Shown here: positions 18,426-27,082 of the stretch, in pieces | Layout of the letters: the number at the start of each line of letters is the position of its first letter | How positions within the stretch are numbered: the first letter of the stretch is position 1 | Source: Coprothermobacterota bacterium | Lineage (GTDB): Bacteria > Coprothermobacterota > HKB111 | Assembly (NCBI GenBank): GCA_037440465.1 | Contig: JBBIUB010000012.1 | Location: forward strand, 1-38,968 | DNA: 38,968 nt | Direction: 5' to 3' | The notes under the pieces: generated by a model | Told to the model about the DNA's origin: nothing | The model's input: only the letters and a program-made list of their open reading frames with translations | Databases searched by the model: none | Position numbers and translations under genes: made by a program

Positions 18426-20380
18426 AGAAAATAGGTGTTTTTGTATGTTGGTGTGGTTTAAATATCTCCCGTACGGTGGATATAGAAAGAGTTATAAAAG
18501 AAGTTTCCAGGCATCCACAGGTTGTTGTTTCTACAGATTATAAATATCTCTGTTCCGAACCAGGTCAAAACCTCATTCAAAAATATGTGGAAGAAAACGA
18601 ATTGGGAGGATTGGTGGTAGCTGCTTGCTCACCAAATATGCATGAGTTAACCTTTAGAAGTGTGGCTCAGCGTTGTGGTATCAACCCCTATCTTTGTGAA
18701 ATGACAAACATACGTGAACAATGTAGCTGGGTTCATGATGATAGGGAAGAAGCTACCCACAAAGCTATTGATTTAATTATTATGACTGTTGAGAAAGTGC
18801 TTAGAAGTGATCCTCTATACTCTTCAACCGTGCCTCTTACTAAAAAAGCACTGGTAATTGGAGCAGGGATAAGTGGCATGGAGTCAGCTCTGGATATAGC
18901 TAATGCTGGTTATGAAGTTTCATTGGTGGATAAAAGACCCTATATTGGTGGTCACATGACTCAACTTTCAGAAACTTTTCCAACTTTGGATTGTGCTCAG
19001 TGTATTCTTACTCCTAAGACAGCAGAGGTGGCTCGTCATCCAAACATTAAAATATTACCTTATAGCGAAGTTGTAGAAATTAAGGGTTATGTAGGAAATT
19101 TTGAAGCAAAAATAAAAAGAAAAGCTACCTATGTGGATTGGGATAAATGCACAGGTTGTGGGATATGTGTAGAAAAATGTCCCCAGAAAACCTATTCAGA
19201 ATTTGAAAGAGGACTAAAGGAAAGGAAATCAATTGATATACCCTTTCCTCAGGCGGTACCCTTTAAGGTTACCATAGATAAAGAAAGTTGTATTTATCTG
19301 AAAAAAAATAAGTGTGGAGTATGTGCAAAAATCTGCCCGGCTGAAGCGGTAGATTTTCAGCAACAAGATACTATCATTGAAGAAAAGTTTGGTGCCATTG
19401 TTGTAGCTACCGGTTTTGAACTTCTGGAAGGAGACGATTTAGCTGAATATGGTTATGGTAAATATAAGGATATCCTTGATGGAATGCAATTTGAAAGATT
19501 GAACTCATCATCAGGTCCTACCAGTGGAAAAATTCTTCGTCCTTCTGATGGCAAGGAACCAAAGGAATTGGTGTTTATCCAATGTGCTGGTTCCAGAGAT
19601 AGAGAAAAAGGGGTACCCTATTGCTCCAGAATCTGTTGTATGTATACAGCTAAACATGCCCGACTATACAAGCAGAAAGTTCCAGATGGACAAGCTTACA
19701 TCTTTTATATGGATATCAGAGCTGGTGGTAAGGGTTATGAAGAGTTTATATACAGGAGTGTTGATGAAGGAAATATCCTATACCTCAGAGGCCAGGTATC
19801 TAAGGTATTTGAAGAAGACGGGAAACTCATGGTCTGGGGTATGGATACTTTAAGCAGCAAAAAGATTGAGATTGCTGCAGATATGGTAGTTCTTGCCAAT
19901 GCTATGATACCTTCTCAGGGAAGTAAACTTCTTGCCAGCATACTTAAGGTTGGAACCGACGAGCACGGATTTTTCCAGGAAGCTCATCCTAAGTTAAGAC
20001 CGATTGAGAGTTTGACCAGGGGGGTATTTCTTGCTGGTTGTAGCCAATCACCAAAAGATATAACTGATACTGTGGCTCAAGGGAGCGCTGCAGCTTCCAA
20101 GGTTATGGCGATGTTTTCTAATGACACCATTAAAGTAGAACCTGTAGTTTCGTTGGTAAAGAAAGAAGATTGTTCGGGTTGTTTCGCTTGCGAAATAGCC
20201 TGTCCTTATGGCGCTATAGAGCATGAAGAATATAAAGGTCGTCAGGTAGCTTTTGTGAATGCTGCCCTCTGTCAGGGCTGTGGTTCCTGTACGGTTGCTT
20301 GTAGAGCAGGTGTAGTTGACCTTATGGGATTTAGCAACAAGCAGATATTAGCAGAAGTGGAAGCGCTTTTATGGAAATAG
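18422..20380 (+). CDS. hdrA: Heterodisulfide reductase subunit A (bifurcating FAD / Fe-S)
   Basis: IGVFVCWCG, ACSP, NIREQCSW, GAGISG, TFPTLDC, CAGSRD..CSRICCMY, inserted and C-terminal ferredoxin domains. Confidence 0.96.
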   Translation: MKKIGVFVCWCGLNISRTVDIERVIKEVSRHPQVVVSTDYKYLCSEPGQNLIQKYVEENELGGLVVAACSPNMHELTFRSVAQRCGINPYLCEMTNIREQCSWVHDDREEATHKAIDLIIMTVEKVLRSDPLYSSTVPLTKKALVIGAGISGMESALDIANAGYEVSLVDKRPYIGGHMTQLSETFPTLDCAQCILTPKTAEVARHPNIKILPYSEVVEIKGYVGNFEAKIKRKATYVDWDKCTGCGICVEKCPQKTYSEFERGLKERKSIDIPFPQAVPFKVTIDKESCIYLKKNKCGVCAKICPAEAVDFQQQDTIIEEKFGAIVVATGFELLEGDDLAEYGYGKYKDILDGMQFERLNSSSGPTSGKILRPSDGKEPKELVFIQCAGSRDREKGVPYCSRICCMYTAKHARLYKQKVPDGQAYIFYMDIRAGGKGYEEFIYRSVDEGNILYLRGQVSKVFEEDGKLMVWGMDTLSSKKIEIAADMVVLANAMIPSQGSKLLASILKVGTDEHGFFQEAHPKLRPIESLTRGVFLAGCSQSPKDITDTVAQGSAAASKVMAMFSNDTIKVEPVVSLVKKEDCSGCFACEIACPYGAIEHEEYKGRQVAFVNAALCQGCGSCTVACRAGVVDLMGFSNKQILAEVEALLWK

Positions 20381-20796
20381 TAGCCTTTTTATGTAACTGG
20401 TGTAGTTATGCAGGGGCAGACCTGGCGGGAACCAGCCGATTTAAATATCCAGCAAACATTAAGGTTATCCGAGTTCCTTGTTCCAGTAGGGTAAACCCAA
20501 CTTTTATACTCAAAGCTCTGGCAAACGGAGCAGATGGAGTAATGGTTTCTGGGTGTCATCCTGGAGATTGCCACTATACAACTGGCAACTATTTTACCAG
20601 GCGAAGGCTCTTATTGATGAAAAGGCTCCTGGAATTTACTGGAGTGAATCCTGATAGAGTCCATCTCTACTGGATATCAGCTTCAGAAGGAACGAAGTTT
20701 GCTGAAGCAGTAAAAGAAGTTGTGGAAAAGGTTGGTAAACTTGAAAAGAATCCAATGTCTTCCATTGAAGGGGAGATAAGATATGAAAAAAAATAG
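20371..20796 (+). CDS. flxD: MvhD-like [2Fe-2S] subunit (FlxD)
   Basis: FLCNWCSY.GADLAG, RVPCS, GCHPGDCHY, WISASEG. Confidence 0.92.
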   Translation: MEIVAFLCNWCSYAGADLAGTSRFKYPANIKVIRVPCSSRVNPTFILKALANGADGVMVSGCHPGDCHYTTGNYFTRRRLLLMKRLLEFTGVNPDRVHLYWISASEGTKFAEAVKEVVEKVGKLEKNPMSSIEGEIRYEKK

Positions 20797-21754
20797 CCTG
20801 TCCCCAATAATTAAAGAATTATTAAAAAACGGTACCGTAAATTACTTTTTAGCCTATGGAAAAGGGAGTTTCTGGTTTAAAGTCAGGCCTTTGATTATAA
20901 GAGAACCTGTTGAATTAAAGAATTTAGAATGGAATAGATTTTGTTATCCTAACCTTACTACTTATCTAAAGGACTCATCAAGAAGTCAGGATAAAATAGG
21001 TGTTGTGGTAAAGGGTTGTGATGTGAAAAGCGTAGTTGAGCTTATTAAGGGTAATCAAATAGACAGAGAAAATCTTTTTCTCTTACAGGTTCCCTGCGAT
21101 GGCACAGTTGACCCTGGAAAAGTAGAAAATCTGGTATGGATTTCTAAATTAAAGGTTACAGGCTTTGAAGAAACTGGTAATGGGCTTGAATTTATCACAA
21201 AAGAAGGCAGGGTTTCTGTTAATAAAGAAGAAGTATTTTTCTCAAAATGCTATAAATGTGATTTTGCACCATCTCCCCTGGTAGATAGATATCTTGATGA
21301 GGAAAGATTAGAAAAAAACCAACCTTCAATAGATAATCCTGACCTCTATGAAGAACTTAGAATTATTGAGGAGATGAATCCTGAAAAACGGTCAATCTAC
21401 TGGGAGAAGCAATTTTCACGATGTATTAGATGTTTTGCTTGTAGAAATGTATGTCCTGTATGTTATTGTCCAACCTGTGTTTTTGACCAGAAAGATACCA
21501 GTTGGATTTCCAAAGGGGTGAAGCCTGAAGAGAACAATATTTTTCATCTGACACGTGCCCTTCACGTAGCAACTCTATGCACGGGTTGTGGAGAGTGTGA
21601 AAGAGTTTGTCCTATGAAATTGCCTCTTATGGAACTTAATCTAAAGCTAATAAAAGAAGTAGATGAGTTATATCATTACAAAGCTGGGGTAGATTTACAA
21701 TCCATTTCTCCGCTTAAGGAGTATGGTAAGGATGACTACGATGAATTCAAATAA
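20783..21754 (+). CDS. flxC: 4Fe-4S dicluster protein (FlxC)
   Basis: KGCD, CIRCFACRNVCPVCYCPTC, CTGCGECERVCP; position in hdrCBA-flxDCBA order. Confidence 0.82.
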   Translation: MKKNSLSPIIKELLKNGTVNYFLAYGKGSFWFKVRPLIIREPVELKNLEWNRFCYPNLTTYLKDSSRSQDKIGVVVKGCDVKSVVELIKGNQIDRENLFLLQVPCDGTVDPGKVENLVWISKLKVTGFEETGNGLEFITKEGRVSVNKEEVFFSKCYKCDFAPSPLVDRYLDEERLEKNQPSIDNPDLYEELRIIEEMNPEKRSIYWEKQFSRCIRCFACRNVCPVCYCPTCVFDQKDTSWISKGVKPEENNIFHLTRALHVATLCTGCGECERVCPMKLPLMELNLKLIKEVDELYHYKAGVDLQSISPLKEYGKDDYDEFK

Positions 21755-22793
21755 TTTATCTATAAATATTCCACCACTTATATTGAAAAAAGAATATTTT
21801 CAGGGTTTTCTTGAAGCAATTAAAGATAAATATGAGCTATATATTCCTAGTGAAGAAGACGGAGTAACTCTAATTAGGGAGTATTCCAGTGGAGATAAAT
21901 TATCTGAAAACTATTTTAATGTTTCGCTTCCTATAAGGAATCTCTTCTTCCCTCAAGAAGAGATTTTATTTAAATTTTCTTTGAAAGAAAATTACAACCT
22001 TGAAGAAAAAGAAATGCTTTCCAGAGAAAGGGTTATATTCGGAGTTCGCCCTTGTGATATTCTTAGCTTGTCTCTTCTGGATCTGGTTTTTGAATCTGAG
22101 AAGAAAGATTCTTATTATCTTAACAAACGTGATAAATCTATTATCATAGGTTTAGGATGTGTCGCTCCACAGGAAAGTTGTTTCTGTACATCTTTTGGTG
22201 TTGAGCCAGGGAAAGTAATTGGAGCGGATATATCACTCACCGATTTAGGTGAAAATTATCTTGTAGAAATATTATCTTTAAAGGGGGAGAGCTTAGTAAA
22301 TTATTGCTCTTCGATTTTCTCAAAAGCTGAAGAAAGAGATTTTTTAAGAGGTAAAAATATTCAGTCTAAAACCCGTGAACTGATGCCTTCCAGGCTTGAA
22401 AGTGAAGCTAAACCCCTAAATCTTGAAAAATATTTTGAAAGTCCTGAATGGCAAAAGTTAGCTGAAACCTGTTTAGGTTGTGGTATCTGTACCTATCTTT
22501 GTCCTACCTGTCACTGTTTTGATATCTCAGATAAGCGGTGGTTAGAAGAAGGTCAGCGTTTCAGGTGTTGGGATTCCTGCATGTTCTCAGATTTTACCTT
22601 GATGACTTCAGGCCACAACCCTCGAATTAACAAAAAAGAAAGAGTAAGGCAAAGATTTATGCACAAACTCAGTTATTTCTACAACAGGTTTTCAGAGATT
22701 GCTTGTGTGGGTTGTGGGAGGTGTTTAAAATACTGTCCGGTAGATATTGATATAACTCGTGTAATAGGAGTTTTCAAAGATGAAGGAAAATAA
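21741..22793 (+). CDS. flxB: AsrA-like Fe-S protein (FlxB)
   Basis: GVRPCD, CFCTS, CLGCGICTYLCPTCHCF, WDSC, CVGCGRCLKYCP; exact start uncertain (21723-21741). Confidence 0.85.
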   Translation: MNSNNLSINIPPLILKKEYFQGFLEAIKDKYELYIPSEEDGVTLIREYSSGDKLSENYFNVSLPIRNLFFPQEEILFKFSLKENYNLEEKEMLSRERVIFGVRPCDILSLSLLDLVFESEKKDSYYLNKRDKSIIIGLGCVAPQESCFCTSFGVEPGKVIGADISLTDLGENYLVEILSLKGESLVNYCSSIFSKAEERDFLRGKNIQSKTRELMPSRLESEAKPLNLEKYFESPEWQKLAETCLGCGICTYLCPTCHCFDISDKRWLEEGQRFRCWDSCMFSDFTLMTSGHNPRINKKERVRQRFMHKLSYFYNRFSEIACVGCGRCLKYCPVDIDITRVIGVFKDEGK

Positions 22794-23616
22794 CTTATAT
22801 AAGAACCCTTATCTACCTGAAGTAGTTCTGATTGAAAGGGTAACCACAGAAACCCCGGATATTAAAACCTTCAGGCTGTTAAAAACAGAGGGGAGTTTTG
22901 AGCACCTTCCCGGACAATTTATGGAGGTTTCAGTATTTGGTGTGGGAGAAGCCCCCATATCCATATCATCTTATGCTGGGAAGGCAGGATATATTGAACT
23001 GAGTATCAAAAAAATGGGTATGGTAACTTCAGCTCTTCACGACCTCAGGTTTGGAGACAAAATTGGAGTTCGTGGACCATATGGCAACTCTTTCCACATC
23101 GAATGGATTAAAAGGAAAGACCTTCTTTTTGTGGGTGGTGGTATAGGGCTGGCTCCCTTAAGGTCTCTTATTCATTATATATTCAGCAATAGAGAAGACT
23201 TTGGAAGAGTTACCATCCTGTATGGTGCCAGAACATTCCAGGACCTGGTTTTCAAAGACGAACTATTTAATCAGTGGCCCCAAAAGAAAGATACTCAAGT
23301 GCATACCACCTTAGATATGGGGAATGATGATTGGAAAGGGAGAGTGGGGGTAGTACCTAAGATACTGAAGGAGCTCAAGCTAAAACCGATTAATACTGTT
23401 GCTTTTACTTGTGGTCCCCCTATAATGATTAAATACACACTGGAAACCTTAGAAGAATTAGGTTTTCCAGATGAAGATATCATTACCACTCTTGAAATGA
23501 AGATGAAGTGTGGCATTGGTAAATGTGGAAGATGTAATATCGGAGATAAATATGTTTGCCTGGATGGACCTGTCTTTACTCTTAAGGAGTTAAAGGATCT
23601 TCCCCAGGAGTTTTGA
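22780..23616 (+). CDS. flxA: FAD/NAD(P)-binding [2Fe-2S] oxidoreductase (FlxA, AsrB/PyrK-like)
   Basis: PGQF, GEAPISI, RGPYG, GGGIGLAP, CGPPIM, MKCGIGKCGRC..CLDGP. Confidence 0.9.
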   Translation: MKENNLYKNPYLPEVVLIERVTTETPDIKTFRLLKTEGSFEHLPGQFMEVSVFGVGEAPISISSYAGKAGYIELSIKKMGMVTSALHDLRFGDKIGVRGPYGNSFHIEWIKRKDLLFVGGGIGLAPLRSLIHYIFSNREDFGRVTILYGARTFQDLVFKDELFNQWPQKKDTQVHTTLDMGNDDWKGRVGVVPKILKELKLKPINTVAFTCGPPIMIKYTLETLEELGFPDEDIITTLEMKMKCGIGKCGRCNIGDKYVCLDGPVFTLKELKDLPQEF

Positions 23617-23630
23617 GGAGGTAATAATTT

Positions 23631-24308
23631 ATGAATCAAGAGATGATTACTATCTACATCATGGGTAAACCCTATGAAGTTCCAAAGGGTCTAACCATTA
23701 TGAAAGCAATGGAGTACACTGGTTATCAATTTATTCGTGGATGTGGCTGTCGTGGTGGATTTTGTGGAGCTTGTGGAACTGTTTATCGTACACCCGGTGA
23801 CTACCGTATTAAAGTGGGGCTTGCCTGCCAGACAGTAGTTGAAAGTGAAATGTATCTTACTCAAATACCTTTTTATCCAGCTAACAAGGCCCGATATAAT
23901 ATTGAAAAACTCAAACCTTCTCTCAATATTCTTATTCGTCACTATCCTGAACTCAGCCGTTGTTTATCCTGTAAAACCTGTGATAAAGTTTGTCCTCAGA
24001 ACCTTAGAGTAATGGATACTATGGCAGCAGCCATGCGTGGTGATATAGCAAAGGCAGCAGACCTTTCCTTTGATTGTATTATGTGTGGTTTGTGCGCTTC
24101 CCGTTGTCCAGCAGAAATTGTGCAATATAATGTGTCTCTATTGACCCGAAGATTATATGGTCGTTATATTGCACCACCGTCCATACATCTGGCTCGTAGA
24201 CTGGAAGAAGTAAAAGAAGGAAAATATGATGCTGAGCTTGAAGAGCTTATGAATAAGGATCTGGATGGGTTAAAAAGCCTTTACGCTACCAGAGATATAG
24301 AGCCTTAA
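23631..24308 (+). CDS. Soluble fumarate reductase/succinate dehydrogenase-like Fe-S subunit ([2Fe-2S] plus two [4Fe-4S])
   Basis: GCRGGFCGAC...LACQT, then CLSCKTCDKVCP and CIMCGLCASRCP; directly upstream of the flavoprotein. Confidence 0.8.
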   Translation: MNQEMITIYIMGKPYEVPKGLTIMKAMEYTGYQFIRGCGCRGGFCGACGTVYRTPGDYRIKVGLACQTVVESEMYLTQIPFYPANKARYNIEKLKPSLNILIRHYPELSRCLSCKTCDKVCPQNLRVMDTMAAAMRGDIAKAADLSFDCIMCGLCASRCPAEIVQYNVSLLTRRLYGRYIAPPSIHLARRLEEVKEGKYDAELEELMNKDLDGLKSLYATRDIEP

Positions 24309-24320
24309 GGGAGGAAAAAG

Positions 24321-25943
24321 ATGAGCTATACGCCTGAAATGTTAGAGTCAATGAAGCTGGTTGAAAATACCAGAAAAGATCGAATGAAAGAAAGATTTCC
24401 TTCTTTGTCTATGGATGAAAGGCAAAACCTTCTTAAAAGTTTCCATCCTGATTTTCGCGAAGATACCTTAAGACTTCTCAAGGTTGGTCCCAGCAAGGGT
24501 ATGAAAGTTCCTCACGAAGTGGCTGATATCCTGGAAGCAAAAAGTAGAATAAAGCCAGGTGATGTTAATTTAGATACACCAGATTACGAGGTAGATGTAC
24601 TAATAATAGGTGGTGGTGGAGCTGGAGCTGCAGCTGCCCTGACTGCTCAGGAATCAGGGGCTTCAGTTTTACTGGTGACTAAACTTCGTATGGGTGATGC
24701 CAATACTATGATGGCTCAGGGTGGGATACAAGCAGCCACCAAGGATAACGATTCTCCTTCTTCTCACTATCTGGATGTTATGGGTGGTGGAGGTTTTTCA
24801 AATAAAACTGAACTGGCAAGAACTCTGGTAATAGAAGCACCTTCTATAATTACCTGGCTTGAAACATTAGGTTGCATGTTTGACAAGGACTCAGAAGGGA
24901 ATCTAATGACCATCCATGGTGGTGGTACCAGTCGTAAAAGGATGCACTTTGCCAGGGATTATACAGGTGCTGAAATTATGAGAACCCTTAGAGACGAGGT
25001 TATTAACAGAGGAATAAACGTGGTGGAGTTTGCTGCTGCAGTGGAACTTATAATGGATAATAATGGACAGTGCAGTGGAGCAGTGCTCTTTAATCTTGAA
25101 AGAAATACCTACGAGGTAGTTAAGGCAAAAACTACCATTTTGACAACCGGTGGTTTTGGCAGACTCCATGTTGGTGGTTTTCCAACCTCTAACCATTATG
25201 GTGCCACCGCTGATGGTTTAGTTTTGGCTTATAGAGCTGGAGCCAAACTTATATTTCTGGAAGCTACGCAATTTCACCCAACTGGAGCAGCTTATCCCGA
25301 ACAGATTGTAGGGTTACTGGTAACTGAGAAGGTGCGTGGTGTAGGAGCTCAACTTGTAAACTCCCTCGGTGAGCAGTTCATCTATGCCCTGGAAACGAGA
25401 GATGTTGTTTCTTCTGCTGTAATTCGGGAATGTTATGATAGAAACAAAGGAATTACCACACTTTCTGGTATAAAAGGAGTTTGGTTGGATTCACCCATTA
25501 TTGACATGATAAAGGGACCTGGAACAGTGATAAATGAACTTCCTGCTATGTACCGGATGTATGAAAGATTCGGAATTGACATGTCCAAAGACCCCATATT
25601 AATTTATCCAACCCTTCATTATCAAAACGGTGGTGTTGAGATAAACAGCTGGGGAGAAACTGTTATTCCTAATCTTTTTGCTGCAGGTGAAGTCTCAGGT
25701 GGTGTACATGGGAGGAACAGGTTGATGGGGAACTCACTTTTGGATGTTCTGGTTTTTGGGAAAAGAGCAGGAAAAAAAGCTGCTGAAAAAATGAAAGATG
25801 TTACCCTCGGAAAACCCAACCTGGAACATGTGGTGGCTTTTGAAGAAGAATTGAAGAAAGAAGGACTCCTGAGTGAAAAGGTATCTCCTATGCTTCTCCC
25901 CAACTACTCTGCTTCAATAAGGCAGGGAGGCGGCCAGGAGTAA
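24321..25943 (+). CDS. Fumarate reductase/succinate dehydrogenase-family flavoprotein (non-covalent FAD type)
   Basis: GGGGAG, AQGG, QFHPT, TEKVRG, TRDVVS, HYQNGG, HGRNRLMGNSL; lacks the covalent-FAD His and the C-terminal helical domain. Confidence 0.87.
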   Translation: MSYTPEMLESMKLVENTRKDRMKERFPSLSMDERQNLLKSFHPDFREDTLRLLKVGPSKGMKVPHEVADILEAKSRIKPGDVNLDTPDYEVDVLIIGGGGAGAAAALTAQESGASVLLVTKLRMGDANTMMAQGGIQAATKDNDSPSSHYLDVMGGGGFSNKTELARTLVIEAPSIITWLETLGCMFDKDSEGNLMTIHGGGTSRKRMHFARDYTGAEIMRTLRDEVINRGINVVEFAAAVELIMDNNGQCSGAVLFNLERNTYEVVKAKTTILTTGGFGRLHVGGFPTSNHYGATADGLVLAYRAGAKLIFLEATQFHPTGAAYPEQIVGLLVTEKVRGVGAQLVNSLGEQFIYALETRDVVSSAVIRECYDRNKGITTLSGIKGVWLDSPIIDMIKGPGTVINELPAMYRMYERFGIDMSKDPILIYPTLHYQNGGVEINSWGETVIPNLFAAGEVSGGVHGRNRLMGNSLLDVLVFGKRAGKKAAEKMKDVTLGKPNLEHVVAFEEELKKEGLLSEKVSPMLLPNYSASIRQGGGQE

Positions 25944-25953
25944 GGAGAGTAGT

Positions 25954-27072
25954 ATGAAACTTTATGAATATTTAGCGAAAGAGATTTTCCGAAATGAAGG
26001 GATTCCTCTTCCACGGGGAAAAGTGGCTTTTACTCTATCAGAAGCCATAGAAATAGCCCAGGAGATAGGCTTTCCTGTGGCGATAAAATCCCAAATCTTG
26101 GCTGGTGGAAGGGGTAAGGCAGGTGGCATAACCTTTGCAAACAACCCTGAAGAAGTCGAAAAGGAAGCTTATAAAATCCTGGGTTCTCAACTAAAAGGTC
26201 TTAAAGTAGATAGGATTTTAGTGGAAGAAAAACTGAAAATTGATAAGGAGTTATACCTAAGTATTGCGATTGATGGAAATCTTAAAAGCCCCATTATTAT
26301 TGCATCTCCTAATGGAGGAGTTGACATAGAAAATGTTCCCGAAGAACATATATACAAAAGACCTTTGGACATTGGAATAGGGTTACACTCCTATACTGGT
26401 ATGGAGGTGGGGAGAAGACTTGACTTAGAAGGGAAGTTAAGAGAAGAATGTTCCAAAATTGTGGAAACACTTTATAAAATATTCAGAGAGAAAGACGCAG
26501 AATTAGTGGAAATAAATCCTCTCATTGTTTCGGATGGTCGAATGATAGCCCTTGATGCTAAGCTTAACATAGACGATGATGCCCTCTTCAGACAAAAAGT
26601 AATCCCGAGCGTATTAGAGGGTGATGAATGGGAACTCAAGGCAAAGGAGCTCGGATTAAATTATGTCCAGCTCGATGGCAACATCGCGGTGATGGCTAAC
26701 GGGGCAGGCATAACTATGGCTACACTGGATATGCTGGCTCACTTTGGTGGTAAGCCGGCTAACTTTCTGGATGCTGGTGGGGGAGCAGCTGTAGAACCAA
26801 TGGCTAAAGCCATAGAACTTCTTCTTAACACCAAACCCCGGGTTATCTTTATAAACATCTTTGGTGGTATTACCAGGTGTGATGATGTGGCAAGGGCCAT
26901 CCTTCAGGTTAAAGAATTATTAGGAATTAATCTCCCTTTGGTTATCCGTCTTACAGGAACACGGGAAGAAGAGGCTTTAGTATTACTTAAAGAACATAAT
27001 TTATCCGCTTTTAAGTCCATGGAAGAAGCTGTCTTGAAAGCAGTAACACTTGCCAATGGTATTTTGAGTTAA
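25954..27072 (+). CDS. sucC: Succinyl-CoA synthetase beta subunit
   Basis: KLYEY, GGRGKAGG, EINPL, DAK, NGAG, ANFLD, NIFGGITRCD. Confidence 0.95.
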   Translation: MKLYEYLAKEIFRNEGIPLPRGKVAFTLSEAIEIAQEIGFPVAIKSQILAGGRGKAGGITFANNPEEVEKEAYKILGSQLKGLKVDRILVEEKLKIDKELYLSIAIDGNLKSPIIIASPNGGVDIENVPEEHIYKRPLDIGIGLHSYTGMEVGRRLDLEGKLREECSKIVETLYKIFREKDAELVEINPLIVSDGRMIALDAKLNIDDDALFRQKVIPSVLEGDEWELKAKELGLNYVQLDGNIAVMANGAGITMATLDMLAHFGGKPANFLDAGGGAAVEPMAKAIELLLNTKPRVIFINIFGGITRCDDVARAILQVKELLGINLPLVIRLTGTREEEALVLLKEHNLSAFKSMEEAVLKAVTLANGILS

Positions 27073-27082
27073 GGAGGATAAA

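Noticed and set aside
17151..20796. Methanogenesis or archaeal origin implied by hdrABC/mvhD
   Set aside because: Bacterial sigma70, DnaG, PolA and FAS II surround it; the hdr-flx order is the bacterial type and there is no mvhAG
18422..20796. Selenocysteine recoding in HdrA or MvhD-like subunit
   Set aside because: Both frames are uninterrupted and have Cys at the relevant motifs
21741..23616. Anaerobic sulfite reductase asrAB or sulfhydrogenase beta/gamma
   Set aside because: No asrC siroheme subunit or NiFe hydrogenase subunits; position after hdrA-mvhD matches flxBA
24321..25943. L-aspartate oxidase nadB, given nadE nearby
   Set aside because: Paired with an Fe-S subunit and flanked by fumarase and sucCD, with no nadA or nadC; not fully excluded without phylogeny
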